The position numbers and the translations under genes are program-made. Below are positions 17,461-25,797 of a DNA stretch of 32,000 nt, piece by piece; position 1 is the stretch's first letter, and each line of letters starts with the position of its first letter. Origin of the DNA: Demequinaceae bacterium (GTDB lineage Bacteria > Actinomycetota > Actinomycetes > Actinomycetales > Demequinaceae); contig OZ252279.1 of assembly GCA_965250005.1 (NCBI GenBank), positions 1,830,001 to 1,862,000 of the forward strand, in the 5' to 3' direction. Below the pieces are notes generated by a model. That model was not told where the DNA came from. It worked only from the letters and a program-made list of their open reading frames with translations, and did no database searches.

Positions 17461-18279
17461 GTGGCCAACCCAATATTCACCAGAAACAAGCAGTTCCAGG
17501 GCGACGGCGTCATTCAGCAGGCGCCCGTGCGCGGCATCGCACCGCAGGCGAGCGCGAGCGCACTAGAGCAGCAGTTTGACGCACCCAGCGGAACTGCGTT
17601 CGAGACCGGCCGCATGTCGTATGAAGGCACGCTCCTCAAGTCTGTCGGCTACTTCGCGCTCGCAGTGTTGTCCGCCGCTGCCGTTGGGGTGCTCGCACCC
17701 GGCGCCTACTTCATCTTCGGAATCGCGGCGTTCGTGTTGTCGCTCGTTGTCGCGTTCTCGCGCAACCCATCGCCCGTCCTGATGGGCGTCACGCTCGTCG
17801 CATGGGGCGGCATGGCTGGCGGACTCACCGTCGTGCTCGAGTCGAACCCGACATACAACGGCATTGCAATGCAGGCCGTGCTCGCGACCGCGAGCGTGTT
17901 CGCTGCTGTACTCATCCTGTTCCGCTCGGGCAAGATCCGCGCGACGGCAAAGATGAACCGCTACTTCATGATCGCGATCTCGGGCTACGTGATCTTCTCG
18001 CTCGTGAATATTGGTCTACAGATGTTCGGCAGCCTGGACGGTTGGGGAATCCACTCGCAAGAGATCGGCAGCACCGGTATCCCGTGGGGTGTTCCCATTG
18101 GAATCTTCGCGGTCCTGCTCGGCGCGTACATGCTGCTGCGTGACTTCACCTTCATCGAGAATGGCGTAAAGACGGGCATCCCAGCCAAGAACGAATGGCT
18201 CGCGGCGTACGGGATTGTGTTCACCATCATCTGGCTGTACGTCGAGTTCTTGCGACTGTTGGCGATACTCCGCCGCTAG
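17461..18279 (+). CDS. Bax inhibitor-1/YccA-family integral membrane protein
   Basis: GTG start preceded by GAGGAGGGG. The N-terminus ANPIFTRNKQF is typical of the actinobacterial BI-1/YccA-like family. A soluble region of about 60 aa is followed by about 7 hydrophobic helices. Confidence 0.8.
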   Translation: MANPIFTRNKQFQGDGVIQQAPVRGIAPQASASALEQQFDAPSGTAFETGRMSYEGTLLKSVGYFALAVLSAAAVGVLAPGAYFIFGIAAFVLSLVVAFSRNPSPVLMGVTLVAWGGMAGGLTVVLESNPTYNGIAMQAVLATASVFAAVLILFRSGKIRATAKMNRYFMIAISGYVIFSLVNIGLQMFGSLDGWGIHSQEIGSTGIPWGVPIGIFAVLLGAYMLLRDFTFIENGVKTGIPAKNEWLAAYGIVFTIIWLYVEFLRLLAILRR

Positions 18280-18294
18280 GATTGCGGGCTGCGG

Positions 18295-18936
18295 CTAGTA
18301 CGCGACCTGGCAGAAGCCGTGGTTGCAGTAGCCGCCAGGGTTCTTGAACAGGTATCCCTGGTGGTAATCCTCGGCGTAATAGAAGACGGAGTCGCCAGCA
18401 TCTTCCTGGCGCGAAATCTGCGTCGAAATGGTTCCGTGCGCCCCGCCATCCAGCTTGTGCTGGTAGTGGTCGCGCGACTTCTCTGCCTCGGCGAATTGCT
18501 CGGGCGTCGTGGTGAAGACCGCACTCCGGTACTGGGTGCCGGTGTCGCCGCCCTGCCGGTTGGGCGTCGTGGGGTCGTGGTTCTCCCAGAACACGGCCAG
18601 CAACGTCTCGACGGCCACCTTCGTAGGGTCGAACACCACCTGAACCGTTTCGGTGTGTCCGGTGCGCGCTGTGCACGTCTCTTCGTACGTGGGATTCTCA
18701 GTCCAGCCGCCCATGTACCCAGCGGCGGTGGAGTACACGCCTTCGATCTGCCAGAACAGCCGCTCGGCGCCCCAGAAGCAACCCATGGCTACGTAGATCA
18801 CTTCGTGGCCGTCCGGCCAGGGACCTTTGAGAGGGTTCTTGAGTACCACGTGATTCGGCTCAATGGCCAGAGCGGTTGTGCGACCGCGTAGCGCGTCCTC
18901 AGGCGTCACCATGGTGGTTTTGCTACCGAACAGCAT
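18295..18936 (-). CDS. msrA: Peptide-methionine (S)-S-oxide reductase MsrA
   Basis: The ATG at 18936 is preceded by GGGAGG. Contains the catalytic motif AMGCFWGAERLFW and GYMGGWTENPTYEETC; 213 aa. The track ORF start at 19119 is an unsupported extension. Confidence 0.93.
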   Translation of the reverse strand: MLFGSKTTMVTPEDALRGRTTALAIEPNHVVLKNPLKGPWPDGHEVIYVAMGCFWGAERLFWQIEGVYSTAAGYMGGWTENPTYEETCTARTGHTETVQVVFDPTKVAVETLLAVFWENHDPTTPNRQGGDTGTQYRSAVFTTTPEQFAEAEKSRDHYQHKLDGGAHGTISTQISRQEDAGDSVFYYAEDYHQGYLFKNPGGYCNHGFCQVAY

Positions 18937-19062
18937 CGGACCTCCCGTTGGCTGGTGCGTCACCATGCACAACGACGACGTCACTCGATGTGTTCCGCAT
19001 TGCCTCGCAATCGCTTCGACTGGCCGATGGCCCGCGCGCCCATGCCACGATACGCTCGCCCT

Positions 19063-20199
19063 ATGCCCACGCAAGAGCCCAATTATCGGTACACCGAAGC
19101 TCCTTCGATCCTCGAGCACGTCCCCGTGCCCCTGCGTGTCGCCGGTGCGTGGTCATGGCGGCTTGTGGTGGTTGGCGTTGTCGCCGTCGCTCTGACTACC
19201 GTCGTGGCGACACTCGCACCCATCATCGTCCCCGTTTCTATCGCGGTTCTTATCGCAGCGCCGATGGAGCGGATGGCGACGTGGCTCGGGTCTAAGGGAA
19301 TTCCGCGGACCCTAGCGTCGCTGAGCCTGGTCCTTGGGCTCATCGGGCTCGTCGCCGGCCTGCTAGCGGCAGCCGGCCAATCTGTGGCTTCCGGGCTTGG
19401 CGAGCTCAAAGATAAGGCGCTCGCAGGCATCGACACCCTGGTTGACTGGCTGGTCACGGGGCCGCTGCAAGTGAGCGAAGCCGAGTTGCGAGACTACCTG
19501 GACCGAGCAGGGGAGACGCTTCAGGACAACAGTGCTGGGCTGGTATCTGGCGCAGTCTCTGTGACCGCCACGGTTGGCCTGGTGAGCGCCGGTGCGCTTA
19601 TCGCGCTGTTCTGCCTGTTCTTCTTCCTCAGGGACGGGCGCGCGATGTGGCTGTGGCTAGTGGGCCTGTTGCCCGAGGAGGCGCGTGAACGCACAGACTT
19701 CGCGGGGCGCGCGGGCTGGGCCACGCTGGGCGCGTACAGTCGCACGTCAGTGTTTGTTGCCTTCGTCGACGCTGTGGGAATTGGCTTGGGTGCGTGGATA
19801 CTGGGCCTTCCCCTGGCTCTGCCGATTGCGATCGTGGTGTTTCTTGGCTCGTTCGTACCGATTGTGGGAGCGACCGTGACCGGCGCCGTCGCGGTGCTGG
19901 TCGCGCTCGTTGACGGTGGATGGGCTACGGCGCTTATCATGCTCGGCATTGTCATTCTTGTTCAGCAGCTCGAGGGCAGCATCCTGTACCCATGGCTGTT
20001 CGGCAAGGCAGCGGACGTCCATCCTGTCGCGATTCTGCTGACGGTGGCGGCCGGAGCGATCGTCGCAGGAATGGTGGGAGCACTGCTCGCGGTGCCGCTG
20101 CTTGCACTTACGAAGAGCTTCATCACGGGGCTACGGCGTTCGGGAGTGGGGCCCACGACGGCGATTCCCATCCAGAGGGGCCCCAAGGCCGCCGACTAG
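19063..20199 (+). CDS. AI-2E family transporter (PerM/YhhT, UPF0118) membrane protein
   Basis: Multi-pass membrane protein with the family-typical block FFFLRDGRAMW...AFVDAVGIGLGAWILGLPLALPIAIVVFLGSFVPIVGA...QQLEGSILYPWLFG. The ATG at 19063 was chosen as the first Met before the first TM segment. Confidence 0.85.
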   Translation: MPTQEPNYRYTEAPSILEHVPVPLRVAGAWSWRLVVVGVVAVALTTVVATLAPIIVPVSIAVLIAAPMERMATWLGSKGIPRTLASLSLVLGLIGLVAGLLAAAGQSVASGLGELKDKALAGIDTLVDWLVTGPLQVSEAELRDYLDRAGETLQDNSAGLVSGAVSVTATVGLVSAGALIALFCLFFFLRDGRAMWLWLVGLLPEEARERTDFAGRAGWATLGAYSRTSVFVAFVDAVGIGLGAWILGLPLALPIAIVVFLGSFVPIVGATVTGAVAVLVALVDGGWATALIMLGIVILVQQLEGSILYPWLFGKAADVHPVAILLTVAAGAIVAGMVGALLAVPLLALTKSFITGLRRSGVGPTTAIPIQRGPKAAD

Positions 20200-20227
20200 C
20201 GCCCTGCGGCATAGCGCTTGGTCGTGT

Positions 20228-20713
20228 CTAACCCGAGAAAGGCTTGGCCGCGATCAGGTTGACAGTGATGTCGTTGCCATTGGGTGCGGCGTAACTGGTC
20301 TGGTCGCCCGGCTTCTTGCCGAGTAGCGCAGCGCCCAGCGGCGACTGTGCGGAGAACACATCGATGTCTGCGCCTCCGGCAACCTCGCGGGAGCCCACCA
20401 GGAAGCGCATCTTGCGGCCCGCGACCTCCGCGGTCACCACCATTCCGGACTCCACGGTGCCGTCCCCTGAAGTTGCTTCGCCAACCGTCGCGGTCTCGAG
20501 CAGGTGCTTGAGTTGGGCGATACGGCCCTCCTGCTTGGCCTGCTCCTCGCGGGCAGCGTGATAGCCGCCGTTCTCCTTGAGGTCTCCCTCTTGGCGGCGC
20601 TCGTCGATCTCTTTGGCGATGGCAGCCCGACCGGCGCCCATCAGGTCGTTGTACTCAACCTGAAGGCGGTCGTGGGCCTCCTGGGTCAGCCAGGTGCCGG
20701 CAGTCTCCGTCAC
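20228..20713 (-). CDS. greA: Transcription elongation factor GreA
   Basis: The GTG at 20713 is preceded by GAGGGAG. Contains WLTQEAHDRLQVEYNDL and GDLKENGGYHAAREEQAKQEGRIAQL, plus a C-terminal FKBP-like domain; 161 aa. Confidence 0.93.
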   Translation of the reverse strand: MTETAGTWLTQEAHDRLQVEYNDLMGAGRAAIAKEIDERRQEGDLKENGGYHAAREEQAKQEGRIAQLKHLLETATVGEATSGDGTVESGMVVTAEVAGRKMRFLVGSREVAGGADIDVFSAQSPLGAALLGKKPGDQTSYAAPNGNDITVNLIAAKPFSG

Positions 20714-20760
20714 GGTCTCTCCCTCGGTGCAAGTTAGAAAGGATACCAAGCGTTAGGGAA

Positions 20761-21159
20761 TCAGTATGCCTCGCAGTAGGCGACGACCACCGTGACGGCC
20801 TCCTCGACCGTGGTGAGGGTCGTCATGAACCGCTGCTGGGCGCCGTTCGATCGCCTGACGAGAACATCCGCGATCCCCACCTCCGCGTGCGTCTTGCTGA
20901 GCGCGCGCAGTCGGCACGTGGCGTCGGCGTCGGAATAGAGGAACACCTCGAACGTGGTGGACGCCTCCGTGGGGGAGACGATGCTGTAGCCCACGTCGCG
21001 CCATCGAACAGGCTTCTGGGACTGGTCCCAGCCAATCCAGGAGGCGAGGGCTAGGAACACGAGGGTCGCGGCACCCACGGCGATGCGACCGCCCCGGCTC
21101 ATGCGCGGCGGGCGGGCGGAGGACTCTTCGGCGTCGGCGGAAAGTGAATTGGTCATCAT
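20761..21159 (-). CDS. DUF4307 domain membrane-anchored protein
   Basis: N-terminal TM anchor (IAVGAATLVFLALASWIGW) followed by VGYSIVSPTEASTTFEVFL...ATCRLRAL. Sits immediately upstream of greA, like Rv1081c. The start could alternatively be the internal Met at 21102. Confidence 0.75.
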   Translation of the reverse strand: MMTNSLSADAEESSARPPRMSRGGRIAVGAATLVFLALASWIGWDQSQKPVRWRDVGYSIVSPTEASTTFEVFLYSDADATCRLRALSKTHAEVGIADVLVRRSNGAQQRFMTTLTTVEEAVTVVVAYCEAY

Positions 21160-21186
21160 GAGGCACGATAGTCCTAGGAGGCCACC

Positions 21187-21393
21187 ATGACGGTCATTGA
21201 CCAGACGATAGGCCCGGGATTGCCGGGTTTTCTTGTGACGTTCGCGCTTGTAGTTGCGGCTTGGCTATTGTTCCGATCGCTCACCAAGCACCTGCGCAAG
21301 GTCAACCACAGCGCAGATCCCGCCGCTCAGAAGAAATCAGGCGTTGTAGATGGCGATGCTCGCGGCAATGAAAGTGCAGACAAAGCCAACTAG
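21187..21393 (+). CDS. Small membrane protein (68 aa, hypothetical)
   Basis: Strong RBS GGAGG (21176-21180) 6 nt upstream of the ATG. One TM helix (GLPGFLVTFALVVAAWLLF) followed by a basic/polar tail. The 3' end overlaps the convergent hemolysin-III gene by 57 nt. I recognise no homology. Confidence 0.45.
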   Translation: MTVIDQTIGPGLPGFLVTFALVVAAWLLFRSLTKHLRKVNHSADPAAQKKSGVVDGDARGNESADKAN

Positions 21394-22068
21394 CGTGAGC
21401 GAGTGAAAAATCTCGTGGAACCCAAAGTACTTGGGAGACGGGTCCGGCCACTTGGTTCCGTAGATCACGGCACCTGCGGTGTAGGCGATACCTCCGGCCA
21501 CGATGAGCGACACCACTGCTGGCCCGCCGCTCTCGTAGAACGAGTCGGTGAACGCGATGGCGACCCAGCCGAGCCCCACGTACATGGGGACGTAGAGCCA
21601 GCGCGGCGCGCTGAGCCACAGAACGCGCATGAGCAGCCCGCCGATGGCCCCGGCCCACACAACGGACAGCGCGAGTATGGCGGTGTTCTTGGGCAGCAGC
21701 ATGACCGCCAGCGGCGTGTAGGTTCCCGCGATGATGAGGAAGATGTTTGAGTGGTCGATGCGGCGCAGCACGCCCGTGACCGTGGGGTCCCAGTTGCCGC
21801 GGTGGTAAACCGCTGAGGTGCCAAAGAGCAGCAGGGACGTGAACGCGAATACGGCGGCGGTGATCCGGCCAGCCAGTGTGGGGCCAGTAGCAACAAGCGC
21901 CAGGCCGGCGATCAGGACCACGGGCACGGCCCCCAGATGGAACCATCCGCGCAATAGCGGCTTGGAATCGGGCTGCGCGGAGGCCGGCTTCGAGCCTGTG
22001 GGCTTCTTGGGGGACGCGTGTGCGCTCACTGGTGGGGCCTTTCGGCGCGTAGTCTGGATCGTGCTCAT
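21337..22068 (-). CDS. Hemolysin III / PAQR family membrane protein
   Basis: The ATG at 22068 gives 243 aa. Motifs RGWFHLGA, SAVYHRGNW, RIDHSNIFLIIAGTYTP and FGFHEIFHSLT, with 7 TM helices. Divergent from a cis-prenyltransferase, as for Rv1085c/Rv1086. Confidence 0.88.
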   Translation of the reverse strand: MSTIQTTRRKAPPVSAHASPKKPTGSKPASAQPDSKPLLRGWFHLGAVPVVLIAGLALVATGPTLAGRITAAVFAFTSLLLFGTSAVYHRGNWDPTVTGVLRRIDHSNIFLIIAGTYTPLAVMLLPKNTAILALSVVWAGAIGGLLMRVLWLSAPRWLYVPMYVGLGWVAIAFTDSFYESGGPAVVSLIVAGGIAYTAGAVIYGTKWPDPSPKYFGFHEIFHSLTLVGFVCTFIAASIAIYNA

Positions 22069-22070
22069 CG

Positions 22071-22088
22071 ACCTACGATACCGTAGGT
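22071..22088. promoter_or_regulatory. Perfect palindrome ACCTACG-atac-CGTAGGT in the hemolysin-III / prenyltransferase divergent region
   Basis: 7-bp inverted arms (22071-22077 and 22082-22088) with a 4-nt spacer, starting 3 nt upstream of the hemolysin-III ATG. Operator-like geometry. No regulator gene is visible in the window. Confidence 0.3.
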
Positions 22089-22152
22089 TAGCGCCCACCG
22101 GTAGCGTTGGTTTCTGAAACTTGCTGCCCCTTGCTGGAGAGAAAGAGAGCCG

Positions 22153-22917
22153 ATGCGCCTGCTGCAGCCGCTTTACGGCACGTATGAGCGGTTGCTCCTC
22201 CGTTCGCTCCGCCACGGCGAAAAGCTCCCGCGACACGTTGGCGTCATCCTCGACGGAAATCGACGCTGGGCAAAGCAGTCTGGCAACAGTGCCGCCCACG
22301 GGCACCGGCGCGGTGCAGGCAAGATTACTGAACTGCTTGAGTGGTCCACGGAGTCCGGGGTCGAGGTCGTCACACTGTGGATGCTCTCGACCGATAATCT
22401 CGAGCGCGACGTAGGCGAACTAGACGCGCTACTCGACATCATCGCCGAGGCGGTAGAGACCCTCGCGGCCGACGGCCGGTGGAAGCTGCAGTTGGTGGGC
22501 GCCCTCAACTTGCTTCCCGCCGCGGTCGCCAAGCGCCTCCAGGATTCTGTGGCGCTGACCTCCCAGAACGACGGCCTGCACGTAAACATCGCGGTGGGAT
22601 ACGGCGGTCGGCACGAGATCGCCGATGCCGTCCGATCGTTCCTAGCCGAGGGCGTCGACACCGGGCGCTCGCTCGAGCAGGTTGCGGAAGACTTCTCTGT
22701 TGAGCACATCGCAGAACACCTTTACACCAAGGGTCAGCCAGACCCGGATTTGGTGATTCGTACTTCGGGCGAGCAACGGCTTAGCGGCTTCCTCATGTGG
22801 CAAAGTGCGCACAGCGAGTTTTACTTTTGCGAGGCTTACTGGCCGGACTTTCGACACGTGGACTTCTTGCGCGCCGTCCGCTCGTACGCTCAGCGCGAGC
22901 GTCGCCGCGGCCGCTGA
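22153..22917 (+). CDS. Isoprenyl transferase (cis-prenyl diphosphate synthase, UppS family; Rv1086-like Z-prenyl diphosphate synthase by context)
   Basis: Motifs LPRHVGVILDGNRRWA and RTSGEQRLSGFLMWQSAHSEFYF; 254 aa. Chain-length specificity cannot be read from the sequence alone. Confidence 0.92.
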   Translation: MRLLQPLYGTYERLLLRSLRHGEKLPRHVGVILDGNRRWAKQSGNSAAHGHRRGAGKITELLEWSTESGVEVVTLWMLSTDNLERDVGELDALLDIIAEAVETLAADGRWKLQLVGALNLLPAAVAKRLQDSVALTSQNDGLHVNIAVGYGGRHEIADAVRSFLAEGVDTGRSLEQVAEDFSVEHIAEHLYTKGQPDPDLVIRTSGEQRLSGFLMWQSAHSEFYFCEAYWPDFRHVDFLRAVRSYAQRERRRGR

Positions 22918-23036
22918 CGCCTCCGCGTTGATTCGGCAACGATTCGGTGAACCTTGCCCCCCTGGTCGGCGTGTTGCCTCCCATGACGCGCGGCCGCGCG
23001 TACCGTCAGGAACGTGTTAGGTAAGCCTCTGGACAC

Positions 23037-23102
23037 ATGACGACCACCGCCGCGGGGCGGATGGTTCCCCGCGGCCCGACCGCAGTTAGGGAGCCCCCGT
23101 GA
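23037..23102 (+). CDS. Candidate 21-codon upstream ORF ([21 protein letters not shown]) overlapping the phoH2 start
   Basis: ATG at 23037. The TGA stop (23100-23102) overlaps the phoH2 GTG (23099-23101) as GTGA. There is no obvious RBS of its own. Purely positional evidence. Confidence 0.2.
   Translation: MTTTAAGRMVPRGPTAVREPP
23049..23075 (+). promoter_or_regulatory. GC-only hairpin (9-bp stem, 9-nt loop) in the phoH2 5' region
   Basis: GCCGCGGGG (23049-23057) pairs perfectly with CCCCGCGGC (23067-23075). It lies 24 nt upstream of the phoH2 GTG and 12 nt upstream of its GGGAG RBS, and is not followed by a U-tract. Confidence 0.4.
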
Positions 23103-24457
23103 CCACTACCTCCACATCGGCACAGACCGCCAAGAAGAGCGCCACCAAAGTGCGCACCCTGGTGATTGACACGTCCGTCCTGCTATCGGACCCGCGTGCC
23201 ACGTTGCGGTTCGCGGAGCACGCGGTTGTGCTGCCAGTCGTGGTGATTACGGAACTCGAGGCTAAGCGGGATCACCCGGAACTGGGGTACTTTGCGCGAT
23301 CGGCGCTCAGGCTGCTTGACGAACTGCGTCTGGAAAACGGCCATCTCGATCAGGCCGTGCCTGCGAATGACGAGGGCGGTACGGTCCGCGTTGAGCTCAA
23401 CCACACCGACACCGGTGTGCTCCCCTCCGGATTCCGCCTAGGAGACAACGACACTCGTATCCTCGCGGTGGCGGCCAACCTTGCGGCCGAGGGCCACAAC
23501 GTGACGGTGGTGACCAAGGACCTGCCCATGCGCGTGAAGGCCGCCGCTCTGGGCATGGACGCCGAGGAGTATCGCAACGATCTCGCCGTTGATTCCGGCT
23601 GGACCGGCATGCGCGAGATTCAGATGACCGACCGGCAGGTGGACGCGCTCTACGCGGGCGGGACTGTGGCTACGCCATCCGAGGCGGACAGCGGCGAGGA
23701 CCTGAAGGCGCTGCCAGTCCATACCGGACTGGTGATTCACGCCCCCGGCGGCTCGGCACTTGGTCGGCGTAGCCGCGACGGCGCGATTCAGTTGGTGCGC
23801 GGCGATCAAGAAATCTTTGGTCTGCATGGCCGTAGCGCCGAGCAGCGGATCGCGATCGACTTGCTGATGGACGAGTCCATTGGCATCATCTCGATGGGCG
23901 GCCGCGCGGGAACCGGCAAGAGCGCCCTCGCGCTGTGTGCCGGACTTGAGGCCGTGATGGAACGCCAGCAGCACAAGAAAATCATCGTTTTCCGGCCGCT
24001 GTTCGCCGTGGGTGGCCAGGAACTCGGCTACCTGCCCGGCTCCGAGCTCGAGAAGATGAATCCGTGGGCACAAGCGGTGTTCGACACGCTCGGCGCGACC
24101 GTCTCGTCCGAGGTGGTTGAAGAGGTCATGGACCGCGGGATGCTCGAGGTGCTCCCGCTCACGCACATCCGCGGGCGGTCGCTGCACGACGCCTTCGTGA
24201 TCGTCGACGAGGCGCAGTCGCTCGAGCGCAACGTGCTGCTCACCATGCTCAGCCGCATCGGCCAGTCCTCGCGAGTGGTGCTCACCCATGACGTGGCGCA
24301 GCGAGACAACCTGCGCGTGGGCAGGCACGACGGAGTCGCCGCAGTCATCGAGGCGTTGAAGGGACATGAGCTCTTCGCTCACGTGACCCTTGAGCGTTCG
24401 GAGCGGTCCGCGATTGCCGCCTTGGTGACGGATATGCTGGAGCGCCTAGACCTCTAG
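23099..24457 (+). CDS. phoH2: PIN domain + PhoH-like ATPase fusion protein (PhoH2-type)
   Basis: GTG start with a GGGAG RBS. N-terminal PIN motifs are [21 protein letters not shown] and [11 protein letters not shown]. The PhoH ATPase region has Walker [13 protein letters not shown] and Walker B FVIVDEAQ; 452 aa. Confidence 0.9.
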   Translation: MTTTSTSAQTAKKSATKVRTLVIDTSVLLSDPRATLRFAEHAVVLPVVVITELEAKRDHPELGYFARSALRLLDELRLENGHLDQAVPANDEGGTVRVELNHTDTGVLPSGFRLGDNDTRILAVAANLAAEGHNVTVVTKDLPMRVKAAALGMDAEEYRNDLAVDSGWTGMREIQMTDRQVDALYAGGTVATPSEADSGEDLKALPVHTGLVIHAPGGSALGRRSRDGAIQLVRGDQEIFGLHGRSAEQRIAIDLLMDESIGIISMGGRAGTGKSALALCAGLEAVMERQQHKKIIVFRPLFAVGGQELGYLPGSELEKMNPWAQAVFDTLGATVSSEVVEEVMDRGMLEVLPLTHIRGRSLHDAFVIVDEAQSLERNVLLTMLSRIGQSSRVVLTHDVAQRDNLRVGRHDGVAAVIEALKGHELFAHVTLERSERSAIAALVTDMLERLDL

Positions 24458-24488
24458 TCGCTGTCCCGTATCTGTTCGAGGGGAACTG

Positions 24489-25109
24489 ATGAATGTTGTT
24501 TCCGCGCTGGCGCGCATCGCCGTCGCGAGCGTCGCCGTGTTCTCGACGTACCGAACACTTGCGGTCGACAGCCCCGAGTCATGGGATAAGTTCACCATTC
24601 AGTCGAATGTCATCATGGCCCTCGTATTCATGTGGGCCGCGTGGGCTTTGCTCGCGAAGCGCAAATTGCCACCCGCCTGGATTGAAGGCGCCGCTGTTCT
24701 GTACCTGGCCATCATCGGCGTTATCTCCAGGTTCTTTCTCCAGGACGATCGCACTTTCCCGCAGATCCTGTTCGGCCTGACGAACAGTGACCTGCTCCAC
24801 CTGGTGACGCCCATTGGTGCACTCGCTGTGTGGCTAATCTTCGCGCCTCATCGGCGAATCAAATGGCGGTTCACCCTGCTCTGGCTGACGTATACGGTGG
24901 TCTATCTGGGGGTGTTCCTGACGCGCGGGATCGTGGTCGACAGCGCAGGCTTCCCCTACCCGTTTATGGATCTTGAGCTCCACGGATGGCGAGGTCTTGC
25001 CGAGAACTTCGCACTCTTTTTTGGGGCCTCCGCCATCATGGGCGCCCTGATCATCGCGATCGACAAGTTGCTCCCAACGCGCACAATCCTGACGGGTGGG
25101 CAACACTAG
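24489..25109 (+). CDS. Integral membrane protein, Pr6Pr / FAR-17a-AIG1-like (tentative), paralog 1
   Basis: About 6 TM helices. Conserved blocks are shared with the next gene: FTIQSNVIMA, PPAWIEGAAVLY, LFGLTNSDLLHLVTPIGALAVW, HRRIKW and FPYPFMDLELHGW. The family assignment is from memory of motif style and has not been searched. Confidence 0.72.
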   Translation: MNVVSALARIAVASVAVFSTYRTLAVDSPESWDKFTIQSNVIMALVFMWAAWALLAKRKLPPAWIEGAAVLYLAIIGVISRFFLQDDRTFPQILFGLTNSDLLHLVTPIGALAVWLIFAPHRRIKWRFTLLWLTYTVVYLGVFLTRGIVVDSAGFPYPFMDLELHGWRGLAENFALFFGASAIMGALIIAIDKLLPTRTILTGGQH

Positions 25110-25113
25110 GGTA

Positions 25114-25797
25114 ATGCCCTGGCAGAACGTAGTCTCCGTGGTCCTGCGCATTGCCCTTGCGGGAATTGCCGTCTTCACCGTCGGGGTGTCCATCTACGCC
25201 GGTGGGCCGGCAGCGCTCCTGGCCTTCACGGTGCAGTCCAACCTGATGCTCGCGGTGTCATTCGCGTGGACAGCGTGGACGCTCATCCGTGACACCCGCA
25301 CGCCGCCGGAGTGGCTAGCCGGCAGCGCAGTCTTTTACATTGTGATCACGGGTGTGGTGTTCAACTTTGTGCTCAGCCCCGGGTCATTTGGCGACGGCCA
25401 AGACCTGCTGTTTGGCCTCAACAATTCGCAACTCGCGCACGCGGTGGTACCGATTGGCGCGCTGGTGGTGTGGGTGTTGTTCGCCGAGCATCGCCGCATT
25501 CCGTGGGGGTACGTGGTCAAGTGGCTCGTGTACGTGGTCGCGTACATTGCGCTACTGTTCGGCGCGATCGCCGTGGGCGCGGATGCTCCCTATCCGTTCC
25601 TGGACGTGGACGAGCTTGGCTGGGGCGCGGCGCTCGCAAATGTCGCACTGTACCTAGCGTGGTTTTTTGCGCTGTCCGCCGCCGTCGTGGGAATCGACAA
25701 GGCGCTACCCGCGCGGGGCCCACTCAGCGAGTTTGATCGCCACGACCAGCGAGCGTCGGGTCTACGCGTCGGGCGTGAGAACGTCGAGTCCGTATAG
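25114..25797 (+). CDS. Integral membrane protein, Pr6Pr / FAR-17a-AIG1-like (tentative), paralog 2
   Basis: The ATG at 25114 lies 4 nt after the stop of paralog 1. Matching blocks are FTVQSNLMLA, PPEWLAGSAVFY, LFGLNNSQLAHAVVPIGALVVW, HRRIPW and APYPFLDVDELGW. The 3' end overlaps convergent hemA by 36 nt. Confidence 0.72.
   Translation: MPWQNVVSVVLRIALAGIAVFTVGVSIYAGGPAALLAFTVQSNLMLAVSFAWTAWTLIRDTRTPPEWLAGSAVFYIVITGVVFNFVLSPGSFGDGQDLLFGLNNSQLAHAVVPIGALVVWVLFAEHRRIPWGYVVKWLVYVVAYIALLFGAIAVGADAPYPFLDVDELGWGAALANVALYLAWFFALSAAVVGIDKALPARGPLSEFDRHDQRASGLRVGRENVESV

Noticed and set aside
17390-18300. tRNA 3' flank as an integration site for a mobile element
   Set aside because: No integrase, no direct repeat of the tRNA 3' end, and no phage or plasmid genes follow. 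The next genes are ordinary membrane and repair functions.
20198-20220. Short inverted repeat (AGCGC...GCGCT) between convergent AI-2E transporter and greA
   Set aside because: It has a 5-bp stem with an 11-nt loop and no U-tract, so it is not distinguishable from chance in GC-rich DNA.
23438-24382. 314-aa minus-strand ORF
   Set aside because: It is antisense to phoH2, which has clear PIN and Walker motifs, and its own product has no motifs.
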